Shown one piece after another: positions 1 to 10,600 of a stretch of DNA of 47,890 bases (position 1 is its first letter; each line of letters starts with the position of its first letter). The stretch covers positions 1 to 47,890 of the forward strand of contig CAYJVZ010000002.1 of assembly GCA_964373765.1 (NCBI GenBank). Direction: 5' to 3'. This DNA is from an uncultured Candidatus Saccharibacteria bacterium. GTDB lineage: Bacteria; Patescibacteriota; Minisyncoccia; Phycocordibacterales; 01-FULL-45-15b. Under the pieces are notes generated by a model. That model did not search any database. It had not been told where the DNA came from and saw only the letters and a program-made list of their open reading frames with translations. Both the position numbers and the translations under genes were made by a program.

Positions 1-254
1 AAATAACGATCGTGAGGATTAGTATTGTTGGTGTTTTTCTTAATGTCCTTAATGTTTGAATGACAAGCCAGAAAGTGGACGCGGTAAACGCTCGTTGTTA
101 TGATGAGAATAGTAGACTCAAACCTGCGCGACTGCTTTCGCTAAGGAGGAATTCTTGGGCAAAAAGAAGTAGAAACTGCAATGGATACTTCACTACGCCA
201 TCAAACATATTGAGAGCCAAGAATTTCTGATTGCTAGAAGCGTGGGCATTCTTC

Positions 255-292
255 CGGCGGGCAAGTTGTTTCTTGCCCGCCGTTTTTTTTAT
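255..292 (+). terminator. Rho-independent terminator
   Basis: Perfect 11-bp stem CGGCGGGCAAG (255-265) / CTTGCCCGCCG (272-282), 6-nt loop, then T8 (283-290). No ORF of 60 aa or more lies upstream in 1-254. Confidence 0.8.
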
Positions 293-346
293 TTGGCTAA
301 ATCATTTTTTTATGCTAAATTGTCAAAAGAAATAGAAGGGACATTA

Positions 347-658
347 ATGCAAAGGCCTCAAGGCAATTCTCACTCCATACTAAAATATGCTACTTTCGTA
401 GTAATTCTTAGCGCTGTAGCGACTTCATTTTCGATATTAGTCTTTGGATCGATCGGGCTCGTATTGTGCATTATATTTTTTTCAATGTTTGTAGCTCCTA
501 AAATGAAGCTTCGAGCTTTGCAGAACATTTTATTTGCGGCGGTGATCGTGGGCGACGCTACATTAGCGGCAATGGGAGAAAAAATATGGATCTGCTTGGC
601 TTTACTTTTCTACGCGTGCTACGCGTTTTGGTTAAATTATCCTAAAGCAAATGTGTAA
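347..658 (+). CDS. small hydrophobic membrane protein, unknown function (103 aa from ATG 347)
   Basis: ORF track gives 242..658. The first 35 codons overlap the terminator hairpin, so I start at ATG 347, which is preceded by GAAGGGA. At least three hydrophobic segments. No recognised family. Confidence 0.45.
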   Translation: MQRPQGNSHSILKYATFVVILSAVATSFSILVFGSIGLVLCIIFFSMFVAPKMKLRALQNILFAAVIVGDATLAAMGEKIWICLALLFYACYAFWLNYPKANV

Positions 659-695
659 AATCGCTACTCGTCTTCTCGAGAGCGATTTTTATATT
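658..695. terminator. hairpin terminator, probably bidirectional (membrane ORF on +, rpoD on -)
   Basis: AAATCGCT (658-665) pairs with AGCGATTT (681-688), with inner CTCG/CGAG pairing. T-run follows on + (TTTTTAT). On - the stem ends in ATTTT. Confidence 0.55.
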
Positions 696-745
696 GAAGC
701 GATCGTCCATTAAAAAGCACGCAATCAAAAATAGTTCAAAGAGAA

Positions 746-1963
746 TTAGTAATTTTTTAATCTTCCAGCCTTATCGTGCTGACGAATTTTTTCATGGGCC
801 TTAGCCTCGATCTGTCTTATTCTCTCTCTGGTAACCCCGAACATCTGCCCCACTTCTTCCAAGGTATGAGTAATGCCGTCATTTAAGCCGTGTCTCATTT
901 CAAGAATTTTTTTCTCTTTTTCGGACAAGTCGTTTAATATATTTTTAACTTGATCCGAAAGTATTCTCCGGGATGTTTCCTGATCGGGAGATAGTAATTT
1001 ATCGTCAGGCACGAAATCGCCTAGTGTAGATTTGCCGTCATCTCCATCGTCGCCGACCGGACTTTCTAGTGAAACTGTATCTTGGTCAATCTTTTCAATG
1101 CTGTAGATTTTATCCACATCTAATCCCATTTCAACGGCTATTTCCTCCGGCAGAGGATCTCGGCCGAGATCCTGCGACAATCTGCGAACCACTTGCTTGT
1201 ATTTAGCAATGGTTTCCACCATGTGAACTGGCACGCGAATAGTGCGGGATTGATCCGCTAAAGCTCTAGTAATGGCCTGTCTGATCCACCATGTGGCGTA
1301 AGTTGAGAATTTGTAGCCCTTAGTCCAGTCAAATTTGTCCACGGCTTTAAATAGTCCAAGATTGCCTTCTTGAATGAGATCGAGCAATGTCAAATCCGGA
1401 CTTCTTCCTACATATTTTTTGGCGATGGATACCACAAGGCGCAAATTGGCTCTGGCCAGCAGATTCTTGGCCTCCATGTCGCCGGCTTCTATTCTTCTTG
1501 CCAATTCTTTTTCTTCGTGGGCGTGAATTAAAGGATATTGGCCAATTTCCTTTAGATACATCTGTATTGAATCGTAGGAAAGTTGGGATTTTTGAAGCAT
1601 TGCCCCTTTTTTTGGCGTAACTTCGGTCAGATTCAACATTCCGCCTCCTTCAAGGACATCTATCCCCGCTGTGGAGAATCTAGAATATAATTCGTCCAGA
1701 AAGAGAATGTCATCCTCAATAGTTGGGAATTCCTTTAAAATCTCATCGTATGTCACGAAGCCTCGTTCTTTGCCTTTGGCAATCAATCTATCTGATTTCT
1801 TGTTCAGAATCGCAACTTTCTTTGAAATTTTTTTTGAGAAGCCTAATTGGACATTAGACTTTTTCTTCTTTCTTTTTCTTTCAATTTTTTTGACGCGCCG
1901 TCTTTTCTTTGAGAGCCTGCGTGATTTCAATTTTCTTTTTTTATTTTTTTTCTTTCTCTTCAT
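746..1963 (-). CDS. rpoD: RNA polymerase primary sigma factor (sigma70 family) with a very basic N-terminus
   Basis: Region 2 motif YATWWIRQAITRA and region 4.2 motif TLEEVGQMFGVTRERIRQIE. The ORF opens at 2008, but ATG 1961-1963 forms an ATGA overlap with the dnaG stop (1960-1962), so I prefer that start. Confidence 0.9.
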   Translation of the reverse strand: MKRKKKNKKRKLKSRRLSKKRRRVKKIERKRKKKKSNVQLGFSKKISKKVAILNKKSDRLIAKGKERGFVTYDEILKEFPTIEDDILFLDELYSRFSTAGIDVLEGGGMLNLTEVTPKKGAMLQKSQLSYDSIQMYLKEIGQYPLIHAHEEKELARRIEAGDMEAKNLLARANLRLVVSIAKKYVGRSPDLTLLDLIQEGNLGLFKAVDKFDWTKGYKFSTYATWWIRQAITRALADQSRTIRVPVHMVETIAKYKQVVRRLSQDLGRDPLPEEIAVEMGLDVDKIYSIEKIDQDTVSLESPVGDDGDDGKSTLGDFVPDDKLLSPDQETSRRILSDQVKNILNDLSEKEKKILEMRHGLNDGITHTLEEVGQMFGVTRERIRQIEAKAHEKIRQHDKAGRLKNY

Positions 1964-3690
1964 TCGCTTGTTTTTAAACTTATAATATGTTTTGAAATCT
2001 CTCTGCACTGGCTTAGTATTTCTTGAACCGTGGCTTTGTCCTTTTTTTGTTCGGCCACTGACAATTTGACTATTAGAGCTTCGAGATCTTCTCTTAGGCT
2101 AAGCTCAATAAGATTGTCTGTCATTTCTCTAATATGGCTCGCCAGATCGTCGGAGGATCGAAAGGCAATTTCCGCCTGCAATACGAGCTCATTTTTTTTG
2201 CTCTCGGCAATTTTCTCCATCTCTTTAATCTTGTGGCCCATAAAAGCTGATAGCTTGTCGCTGATATCTGAAATATCGATACTTGGTTTTTTTAGAGACT
2301 TTTGCCAGAATATGAATCCAATGACGCTTTCGGAGAGTCTCGCCAAGAAGTGGGTGGACTCTATTTCTTTTGGCGGCACGGAGTTATTTTGGTCAAGAGC
2401 GCGCGTTGAGGCTAACTTTGAAATGTCTTGATTTATGGATAATTCAGAAATGCCCGTTCTCCTTGTCAATTCCTTTACATAGTATTCGCGCTCCATGGCG
2501 CCGGATACTCGAGCAATTAACATCAGGGCTTCCGCGCGTATAAGTTCTATTAAGTTTTTCCTGTCACTGGCCCCACTAATTGCCTTATTGATAGAATAGA
2601 ATATTAGGTTTTCGCTTTTTAAAAGAAGTTCTTTCCATAGTTTGGGATCTGCGCTAATTACATCCGCAGGATCTTTTTTTAGCGGCAAAGAAACGATTTT
2701 CGCGTCCAAGCCGCACTCCAACGCCAAACTAGCGGATTTAATGGCGGCTTTCATTCCCGCGTCATCGGCGTCCGGTGAAAAAGTTATCGTATTTGAAAAT
2801 CGCTTTAGCATGTTAATTTGATCCAATGTGAAAGCTGTTCCAGAAAGGGCAACAGTATTAGAAAATCCCTCCTGATGCGCCAAGATAAGATCTATCTGGC
2901 CTTCTACTATAACAGCGTTATTTTCTCTCAATATCGCCCCCTTGGCCTTATGAAGACCGTAAAATATCTTGCCTTTTTCAAATAGAATGGTTTCCGGACT
3001 ATTGATGTATTTTGCCAAATCGTTTTTATCCGGAAAAATTCTACCAGAAAAACCGATAACCCGATTGGCTGTATCAAATATCGGAAAAATTATTCTTGAG
3101 CGAAAACGATCATAGTATGTTTTGGCTGACTTAATTGATTTAGATGATGTGGTGATGAGACCTGCGTCAATTATGTCCTGATCGTCAAATCCCTTCTTTT
3201 TCAAGAATAAATATAGTGAATCCCACGATTCGAGGGCATAACCCACGTTCCAGTCGCCAATAGTAGATTCCTTTAGGCCTCTTTTCTTTAAATATGCCAT
3301 CGCCCTTAACCCATTTTTTGTTTTATGGAGACAATGTTCAAAATATTTAGTAGAGATTTCCAAACATTTTCTTATATTTTCCTTCCTTGACTTCTGTTCT
3401 GAATTTTCAAAATTGAGCGAAACTCCCGCTTTCTCCGCCAAAATCTTCAGTGCGCCTAGAAAATCAACTTTCTCAAATTCCTGCACGAAACTGAATATAT
3501 CGCCTTTGGCTCCGCATCCAAAACAGTAGTAATTATTTCTCTCCGGAGAGACAAAAAAGGAAGGCGTCCTTTCGTTGTGAAAAGGGCATTTAGCCTTCAA
3601 ATTCACCCCCGCCTTATCAAGCTTGATGTAGGCGCCAACGACGCTTTCTATATTCAGCCGCTCTTTTATTTTTTCCACATGAGAAGCCAT
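1960..3690 (-). CDS. dnaG: DNA primase
   Basis: Zinc-finger CPFHNERTPSFFVSP...YYCFGCGAKGD. TOPRIM segment VIVEGQIDLI ... SPDADDAG. Classic dnaG-rpoD adjacency. Confidence 0.92.
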   Translation of the reverse strand: MASHVEKIKERLNIESVVGAYIKLDKAGVNLKAKCPFHNERTPSFFVSPERNNYYCFGCGAKGDIFSFVQEFEKVDFLGALKILAEKAGVSLNFENSEQKSRKENIRKCLEISTKYFEHCLHKTKNGLRAMAYLKKRGLKESTIGDWNVGYALESWDSLYLFLKKKGFDDQDIIDAGLITTSSKSIKSAKTYYDRFRSRIIFPIFDTANRVIGFSGRIFPDKNDLAKYINSPETILFEKGKIFYGLHKAKGAILRENNAVIVEGQIDLILAHQEGFSNTVALSGTAFTLDQINMLKRFSNTITFSPDADDAGMKAAIKSASLALECGLDAKIVSLPLKKDPADVISADPKLWKELLLKSENLIFYSINKAISGASDRKNLIELIRAEALMLIARVSGAMEREYYVKELTRRTGISELSINQDISKLASTRALDQNNSVPPKEIESTHFLARLSESVIGFIFWQKSLKKPSIDISDISDKLSAFMGHKIKEMEKIAESKKNELVLQAEIAFRSSDDLASHIREMTDNLIELSLREDLEALIVKLSVAEQKKDKATVQEILSQCREISKHIISLKTSE

Positions 3691-3747
3691 ATTTATTTTA
3701 TTAGAAAATATTTCGCCGTCGCCCCGCGCGGCCCCATCAGCCTTGAA

Positions 3748-6700
3748 TCAGTTTTTGCGCTGGCCGTCAAAATCACGCATATCGGGAGTCAATTTAGCTA
3801 TCATTTTATTTTTAGGACTTTCAGGAAAACCGGTACCAGCCGGTATCAATCTGCCTATTATAACATTTTCTTTTAGACCGATTAATCTGTCCTCTATTCC
3901 TCTAACCGCCGCGTTAATTAGCACTCGAGTAGTATGTTGAAATGAGGCTGCTGAAAGGAAACTTCTTCTTGTCAGAGAAACTTCCGTAATGCCCATTACC
4001 ACCGCTTCGGCTTTAGCCTCCTCATTTTTGGATTTTGAATTGACTTCAATCAAGTAGGACTCGCTTACGGTATCGCCCAAAGAGAGATCTGTATCGCCTG
4101 AATCTTTGACCTTTCTTCTTGAAAACATCTGACGAATTATAACCTCAATATGTTTTCTTGAGACAGCCTCTCCTTGAAGTTCATACAACTTGCCAACTTC
4201 GCTGATTATGTAATTTTGAGTCTGTTCCTTGCCTCCATATTTAAATATTTCGTCAATATCGGCGCTTCCATCGGTTATAATGTCGCCTTTCTTTATTTTA
4301 TCGCCAGCTTTTATTAAGGCGGTTCTTTTATAATTAACAAGATATTCTATGGTGTCTTTCTTCTTTGCGGCTTTGGAAGTAAGCTCCGGCATTACCACAA
4401 TTACTTTCTCCCGTCCCATCTCTTTTATTTCAGAAACTACTCCGTCCACTTTGCTGACTATTGCCGGATTCTTTGGATGCCTCTTTTCAAAAACTTCCTC
4501 TACTCTTGGCAATCCTTGAGTAATATCTCCGCCGACACTGGCTGCGCCTCCGGAGTGAAAAGTCCTCATGGTTAGTTGAGTGCCGGGTTCGCCTATAGCT
4601 TGAGCGGCTACCGTGCCAACCGCTTCACCGATGGCCACAAGCTCATTTTTCCCAAGATCATAGCCGTAGCACATGACGCAAATGCCTTTAAGAGATTTGC
4701 ATGAAAGAGGAGATCTGACCAAAACGGATGAAATTCCTGCCTTCTCTATAGCTTCCGCGTCAAATTTGCTAATAAGATGTCCCCTCTCAAACTTCACTTG
4801 GCCGCCTGCTGATTTTAAATCAAGAGACAATACTCGGCCTCTAATATTTTTAGCTATTGATATGTCCATTCCAGAGGCGCTTTCTTTGGTTATAGATATT
4901 CCCTCTTTGGTTTCGCAATCCTCTTCAGTAATGATGGCATCTTGAGCCACATCAAACAGTCTTCTGGTTAAATATCCGGCTCTTGCCGTGTTTAAGGCCG
5001 TATCGGCCAGACCCTTTCTTGATCCATGAGTTGTAATAAAATACTCAATAGGATTTAATCCCAATTTATTTGAGCTAATAATCGGGAACTCAATAGTTTC
5101 TCCGGCTGTATTTTGGATAAGCCCTTTCATGCCGGCCATTTGGGTTATTTGGGCCAATGAACCTCTGGCTCCTGAAAATACCATATCAAAAACTGAACCG
5201 TTTTTATCCAACTCTTTTGGAATTGATTTTTCAACGGCATTTTTGACACCGTGCCAAATTTCTATACTTTTTCTGTATCGCTCGTCTTCAGAGAGAAAAC
5301 CCTGCTCAAACTGCTCGTGAATAAGCTTTATTTCTTTTTTTGCCGCCTCTACCAGACCGCCTTTTTCGCTAGGCTCCTTAATATCGTCTATGCCCCAAGT
5401 AATGCCGGAGTATGTGGCATATTTGAATCCAAAAGTTTTGATTTTATCCAAGATGCCTGAAACGTGATCGATTCCGTATTTTTCAATCAAATCATCCACA
5501 AGTGCGGACATATCCCTTCTTTGTATTTCTTTATTTATATAAGAATAGTCGGCCGGAAGAGCTCCGTTAAATAACAGCCGTCCAACCGTTGTGTCAAATA
5601 CTTTTCCATTATACTCGGCGTATTTTGCGGAATCCGTGCCAAGAACTTTAATTTTTGCCCTGAATGATACTGCCTGAAAATCATGAGCGGTTATAGCGGC
5701 GTTCGGGCTCTGGAAAAATTTACCCTGACCTGTTTCTCCATCGACAGATTTAGTCATCCAATAACATCCTAGAACTATATCCAGTTTCGCGGACACTATG
5801 GGCTCTCCATTTCCGGGCTTCAATATATTTTTATCCGACGCCATTATGTGTTCAGCCTCAAGTTGGGCTTCGTCTCCAAGCGGCACATGGACTGCCATTT
5901 GGTCACCGTCAAAATCCGCGTTAAAAGCCGTGCATACCAGAGGATGCACCTGAATGGCGTTTCCTTCGATAAGAACTGGCTTGAAAGCCTGAATACCGAG
6001 TCGGTGCAAGGTCGGCGCTCGATTTAGAAGAACGTGCTTATTGGCGATTATTTCCTCTAAAATAGCCCAAACCTCGGGTAGCTCCTCGTCAATCAATCGG
6101 CCGGCGCCTCTTATATTGAATGCGTATTCTCTCTTCAATATTTCTGATATGACGAAAGGCCTGAATAATTCAAGAGCCATGTGTTTTGGCAATCCGCATT
6201 GATTTAATTTCAAATCTGGACCGACAACAATTACGGATCTGCCTGAATAATCCACTCGCTTGCCAAGCAAATTTTGCCGGAACAGTCCTCGTTTTCCTTT
6301 AAGATTATCGGACAGAGACTTTAAGGCGCGCCTTTGACTTTGGCCAACCGCGCCTAAATTTGAATTGCCGTGCCTTATGGAATTATCTATAAGCGAATCC
6401 ACCGCTTCTTGCAGTATTCTTTTCTCGTTTCGTAAAATTACGTCCGGAGCGTTTATATCCTTGAGCTTCTTAAGCCTATTATTTCTGTTAATGACGCGCC
6501 TGTATAAATCATTAACATCCGATGTGGCGTATCTGCCGCCATCCAGTGGGACCATCGGCCGAAGAGCTGGCGGAATAACAGGCAGAACATTTAAAAACAT
6601 CCACTCCGGCCTCATGCCTGACGTGTACATGCTTTTTATGACACTTATTCTCCTGTAAAGTTTGTCTTTTTCTATAGTGCTTGCTTTCTCTACGCTTGCC

Positions 6701-7410
6701 TCAAGTCTTAAAAGCAACGCCTCAAGATCAACTCTCTTTAGCAATTCATATATGGCTTCAGCGCCGATCTCCGCCTCAAATAAAGTTCCATATTTCACAG
6801 AGTAACCGTGAAAAGCAACCTCGTCTAAAACCGTGCCTTCGGTAATGCCTTCAATCTCTCTTTTCGTAGCTAGCAGTAATTCCCGCATTGAAAGCTTGGT
6901 TTTTTCATCAGTAAGATTCTTGACTTTTGATTTATACTCCGAATCCAAATCTTTTAATATGCTTTTTTTCTCCTCCGCGCTTACATGGGTAATGATATAT
7001 CCGGCAAAATATATTACTTTTTCCAAATCGGCCGTACTCATTCCAAGAACAATGCCAATTCGGGAAGGCATGCTTCTTAAAAACCAAATGTGACAAACTG
7101 GACTGGCCAATTCTATATGACCCATTCTCTCTCTTCTGACGATTGATCTGGTTATTTCAACTCCGCATTTTTCACAAACGATGCCTTTGTATCTTATTCC
7201 TCTGTATTTTCCGCAGTAACATTCAAAGTCTCTTTCCGGGCCAAAAATTTTCTCGTCAAAGAGGCCGTTTTTTTCGCTCCTTTGAGTTCTGTAATTGATA
7301 GTCTCCGGCTTGATAACTTCTCCGCGGGACCACTCCTTGATCCTCGATGGCGAAGCAATTCTAAGAGTGATGGTGTCAAATGTATTTTTTTCTATGTTTT
7401 TTATCTTCAT
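3748..7410 (-). CDS. rpoC: DNA-directed RNA polymerase subunit beta'
   Basis: Catalytic NADFDGDQMAVH motif. N-terminal Zn-binding CYCGKY...CEKCGVE. 1220 aa. Lies directly downstream of rpoB. Confidence 0.97.
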   Translation of the reverse strand: MKIKNIEKNTFDTITLRIASPSRIKEWSRGEVIKPETINYRTQRSEKNGLFDEKIFGPERDFECYCGKYRGIRYKGIVCEKCGVEITRSIVRRERMGHIELASPVCHIWFLRSMPSRIGIVLGMSTADLEKVIYFAGYIITHVSAEEKKSILKDLDSEYKSKVKNLTDEKTKLSMRELLLATKREIEGITEGTVLDEVAFHGYSVKYGTLFEAEIGAEAIYELLKRVDLEALLLRLEASVEKASTIEKDKLYRRISVIKSMYTSGMRPEWMFLNVLPVIPPALRPMVPLDGGRYATSDVNDLYRRVINRNNRLKKLKDINAPDVILRNEKRILQEAVDSLIDNSIRHGNSNLGAVGQSQRRALKSLSDNLKGKRGLFRQNLLGKRVDYSGRSVIVVGPDLKLNQCGLPKHMALELFRPFVISEILKREYAFNIRGAGRLIDEELPEVWAILEEIIANKHVLLNRAPTLHRLGIQAFKPVLIEGNAIQVHPLVCTAFNADFDGDQMAVHVPLGDEAQLEAEHIMASDKNILKPGNGEPIVSAKLDIVLGCYWMTKSVDGETGQGKFFQSPNAAITAHDFQAVSFRAKIKVLGTDSAKYAEYNGKVFDTTVGRLLFNGALPADYSYINKEIQRRDMSALVDDLIEKYGIDHVSGILDKIKTFGFKYATYSGITWGIDDIKEPSEKGGLVEAAKKEIKLIHEQFEQGFLSEDERYRKSIEIWHGVKNAVEKSIPKELDKNGSVFDMVFSGARGSLAQITQMAGMKGLIQNTAGETIEFPIISSNKLGLNPIEYFITTHGSRKGLADTALNTARAGYLTRRLFDVAQDAIITEEDCETKEGISITKESASGMDISIAKNIRGRVLSLDLKSAGGQVKFERGHLISKFDAEAIEKAGISSVLVRSPLSCKSLKGICVMCYGYDLGKNELVAIGEAVGTVAAQAIGEPGTQLTMRTFHSGGAASVGGDITQGLPRVEEVFEKRHPKNPAIVSKVDGVVSEIKEMGREKVIVVMPELTSKAAKKKDTIEYLVNYKRTALIKAGDKIKKGDIITDGSADIDEIFKYGGKEQTQNYIISEVGKLYELQGEAVSRKHIEVIIRQMFSRRKVKDSGDTDLSLGDTVSESYLIEVNSKSKNEEAKAEAVVMGITEVSLTRRSFLSAASFQHTTRVLINAAVRGIEDRLIGLKENVIIGRLIPAGTGFPESPKNKMIAKLTPDMRDFDGQRKN

Positions 7411-7417
7411 ATAATAT

Positions 7418-10400
7418 TTAAGAAACTTCGCCGCCTAGTTCCGGAGATTTTATATCTACATCAAGCGCCAGACCTCTTAGGTTATTGACTAATACATTGA
7501 ACGAAGCCGGTATATTTGAGAGCTTAACTTTTTCGCCCTTGACAATGGCGTCGAAAGCCGCTGATCTGCCGACAATGTCGTCTGATTTTATGGTCAGCAT
7601 TTCTCTAAGAGTATAAGCCGCGCCATGACCCAAAAGCGCCCAGACTTCCATTTCACCGAAGCGCTGTCCGCCGCCTTGGGCTCTGCCTCCAAGCGGCTGT
7701 TGAGTGATAAGCGAATACGGGCCGATTGATCTCATGTGGACTTTATCTTCAACCATGTGATGAAGCTTCATGATATACATGTAGCCGACCGCAATGTCCT
7801 GATTGAAAGCTTCCCCCGTTCTGCCGTCAAATAATTTCATTTTACCATTTTCGGGATAACCAGCTTTTTTAAGCTCCTCTTTAATTTCGGCATCGGTGGC
7901 GCCGGCAAATGGAGGGGCAATGGCTTGATAGTTCAATGTATTTGCCGCCAAGCCAAGATGAAGCTCGAGTATTTGTCCAAGATTCATCCTAGACGGAACG
8001 CCAAGAGGAGTTAAGATAACATCAATAGGGGTGCCGTCTGCCATGTATGGCATTTCCTCAATTGGCAAAATTCTAGATATAACTCCCTTATTGCCGTGGC
8101 GCCCCGCTAGTTTATCGCCTATTGACACATTCCTGACTTGGGCAATTTCAATGTGTATTCTCTTTATAATTCCCGATTCAAGCTTGTCGCCTCTTTCCCT
8201 TGAAAAAGTTTTGACGCTTATCACTCTGCCTCTCTTTCCGCCCTCCAGTCGCTTTGAAGTATCCTTGACATCTCTTGCTTTTTCCCCAAAAAGCGAACGC
8301 AAAAGCCTCTCCTCTGGAGTAAGCTGGCTCTCCCCTTTCGGAGTAATTTTGCCGACCAAAATGTCGCCTGACCGAACTTCCGCTCCTATCATAACAACAC
8401 CGTCCTCATCCAGATTTTTAAGTTTAGCTTCTCCGACATTTGGTATGTCGTGAGTGGTAATTTCAGGACCTAATTTCGTATCTCTGACGTTGACAAAAAA
8501 TTCCTCCATGTGGATTGACGCAAATTTGCTTTCTCTAACAAGCCTCTCCGACAGGATTATTGCGTCTTCATAGTTCGATCCAGACCAAGACATAAAGGCC
8601 GTCAAAATATTCTGGCCTAGGGCCACTTGGCCATTGTCGGAAGATGAAGCATCAGCGATGACGGCCCCTTTCTTTATCTTATCCGCCACCGAAACACTCG
8701 GCCTTTGGTGAAGGGCCGTAAAACCATTGGTTCTAGAAAAGTTTATTAATTTATATATTTTCTCTTTTGATTTGGCGTTTTTTACGCGTATTTCGGAGGC
8801 TTCGGCCTTAGTCACAATTCCGTCTTCTTCAGCGATAACTAGCCTTCCGCTATTTCTAGCGGCCACTTCTTCAATGCCTGTAGCCACAAGAGGGGCCTCC
8901 GCTATAAGGCACGGCGTGGCTTGTTTCTGCATATTTGTTCCCATCAATGCTCTATTGGCGTCGTCGTGATTTAGGAAAGGTATGGTTGAAGTAGCCACTG
9001 AAAAAGCCTGATTACTGCTTACGTCAATGAAATCAACTTCATTTCTAGGCGACAAATTTGGCTTGCTCCTGTATCTTACTTGAACCTCATCAGAGATAAT
9101 TTTTCCATCGCTGTCTAATTCAGTGGCGCCGTGGGCAATTTTATAATCTTCCTCTTCAAGCGCGTTCAGATACAATATTTTTTTTGTAACTACGCCATTT
9201 TCCACTTTGGCGTATGGCGACTCAATTATGCCAAAATCATTAATTCTAGCGTAAGTGGACAATCTTAAAATAAGTCCGATATTCGGGCCCTCGGGAGTAT
9301 GGATTGGGCAAAGCCTTCCGTAGTGGGACGGGTGCACATCCCTAACCTCAAAACCAGCGCGCTCTCTCGTTAACCCGCCCGGGCCTAGGGCAGATAAAGT
9401 TCTTAAGTGCTCCAATTCATGCAATATATTTTCCTGTTGCATAAATTGCGAAAGCTGGTTTGTCGTATAAAATTCTTTAATCCTGGCTTGGAGAGGCTTG
9501 GGTGAGATAAAAGTAGCGGGCATGGTTACATCCGGATCAATTGTGGACATTCTGTCCTGGATATTTCTTTTTATTTGCGACATTCCGACTCTAATTTTTT
9601 GCTGTATCAATTCTCCAACATAGCGAACTCTTCTTGAGCCAAGATGGTCAATATCATCTGCGGAGGCGTTGGGATTTGAATTGAGAGCGGATATATGAGT
9701 AATTATCAAAACCAAATCTTCCAAATCAATAATCTTTTTTGAAATGTCTTTCTCGCTAACGCCTTTATTGAAGCGCCGATTGAACTTGAATCTGCCGACC
9801 TTCGACAAATCATACCTGTCTTGGCCAAACAGAGAACTGATAAATGATTTGGCATTGTCCACCGTTCCCAAGTCTCCGTCTCTAAGTCTTTTATGGATTT
9901 CAATAAAAGATTCGTCCACTGACTTGGCGGCGTCTTTCTCAAGTGAAGTTTTTATAATATTAAAAAGAGACTTATCGGCAGGCGGGAAAAGATTGAATAT
10001 GGCCTTATCGTCTTTAGCTCCCAATATTCTAAGCAAGGAAGTTGCAGGGAACTTTCTTTTTCTGTCAATCCTGACATAAATGGCGCCGTCAGCCTCGGAT
10101 TCTATTTCTATCCAGACGCCTCTTGAAGGAATAATTTTGGCCCCGAAGTATTTTTTGCCCTTAATTTCCTGCTCCGTAAAAAATATGCCAAATGATCTAG
10201 CTAACTGCGGAACGATAACGCGCTCAATACCGCTTATAATGAAAGTGCCATGACTTGTCATCATTGGGAAATCAGCCATAAACAATTCCTGCTTTTTTAC
10301 AGAGCCAGTCAGTATGTTTTTCAATTCCACCTTTACTTTTAGGGGAGCGTCGTATGTCAGCTTGTTTTCCTTGGCGTAGTGCTCGTCACATTTAATTTCT

Positions 10401-10600
10401 CCAAGTTTAAAATCAACAAATTTAAATTCGAATTTTTTTTCAGAATAATCTTTTATGGATGAGAACTCTGAAAAGACATCGTCGAAGCCTCGATTGATTA
10501 AATCATTAAATGAATTGACTTGGGATTCAACCAAATTCGGGACTTCGGTCAAAGGCTTTTTATATTTGGAGAAATATTTTTTTGTTTTTAAATTATTCAA
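7418..10600 (-). CDS. rpoB: DNA-directed RNA polymerase subunit beta
   Basis: GRHGNKGVIS, NMQKQA and GEMEVWAL motifs. 1060 aa. Confidence 0.97.
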   Translation of the reverse strand: MNNLKTKKYFSKYKKPLTEVPNLVESQVNSFNDLINRGFDDVFSEFSSIKDYSEKKFEFKFVDFKLGEIKCDEHYAKENKLTYDAPLKVKVELKNILTGSVKKQELFMADFPMMTSHGTFIISGIERVIVPQLARSFGIFFTEQEIKGKKYFGAKIIPSRGVWIEIESEADGAIYVRIDRKRKFPATSLLRILGAKDDKAIFNLFPPADKSLFNIIKTSLEKDAAKSVDESFIEIHKRLRDGDLGTVDNAKSFISSLFGQDRYDLSKVGRFKFNRRFNKGVSEKDISKKIIDLEDLVLIITHISALNSNPNASADDIDHLGSRRVRYVGELIQQKIRVGMSQIKRNIQDRMSTIDPDVTMPATFISPKPLQARIKEFYTTNQLSQFMQQENILHELEHLRTLSALGPGGLTRERAGFEVRDVHPSHYGRLCPIHTPEGPNIGLILRLSTYARINDFGIIESPYAKVENGVVTKKILYLNALEEEDYKIAHGATELDSDGKIISDEVQVRYRSKPNLSPRNEVDFIDVSSNQAFSVATSTIPFLNHDDANRALMGTNMQKQATPCLIAEAPLVATGIEEVAARNSGRLVIAEEDGIVTKAEASEIRVKNAKSKEKIYKLINFSRTNGFTALHQRPSVSVADKIKKGAVIADASSSDNGQVALGQNILTAFMSWSGSNYEDAIILSERLVRESKFASIHMEEFFVNVRDTKLGPEITTHDIPNVGEAKLKNLDEDGVVMIGAEVRSGDILVGKITPKGESQLTPEERLLRSLFGEKARDVKDTSKRLEGGKRGRVISVKTFSRERGDKLESGIIKRIHIEIAQVRNVSIGDKLAGRHGNKGVISRILPIEEMPYMADGTPIDVILTPLGVPSRMNLGQILELHLGLAANTLNYQAIAPPFAGATDAEIKEELKKAGYPENGKMKLFDGRTGEAFNQDIAVGYMYIMKLHHMVEDKVHMRSIGPYSLITQQPLGGRAQGGGQRFGEMEVWALLGHGAAYTLREMLTIKSDDIVGRSAAFDAIVKGEKVKLSNIPASFNVLVNNLRGLALDVDIKSPELGGEVS

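Noticed and set aside
1-254. tmRNA, RNase P RNA or SRP RNA at the window start
   Set aside because: I could not find the diagnostic motifs: a tRNA-like CCA end and tag ORF, GAGGAAAGUCC, or the GGAA-capped helix 8 with AGCA loops. It is left as an unassigned leader or sRNA candidate.
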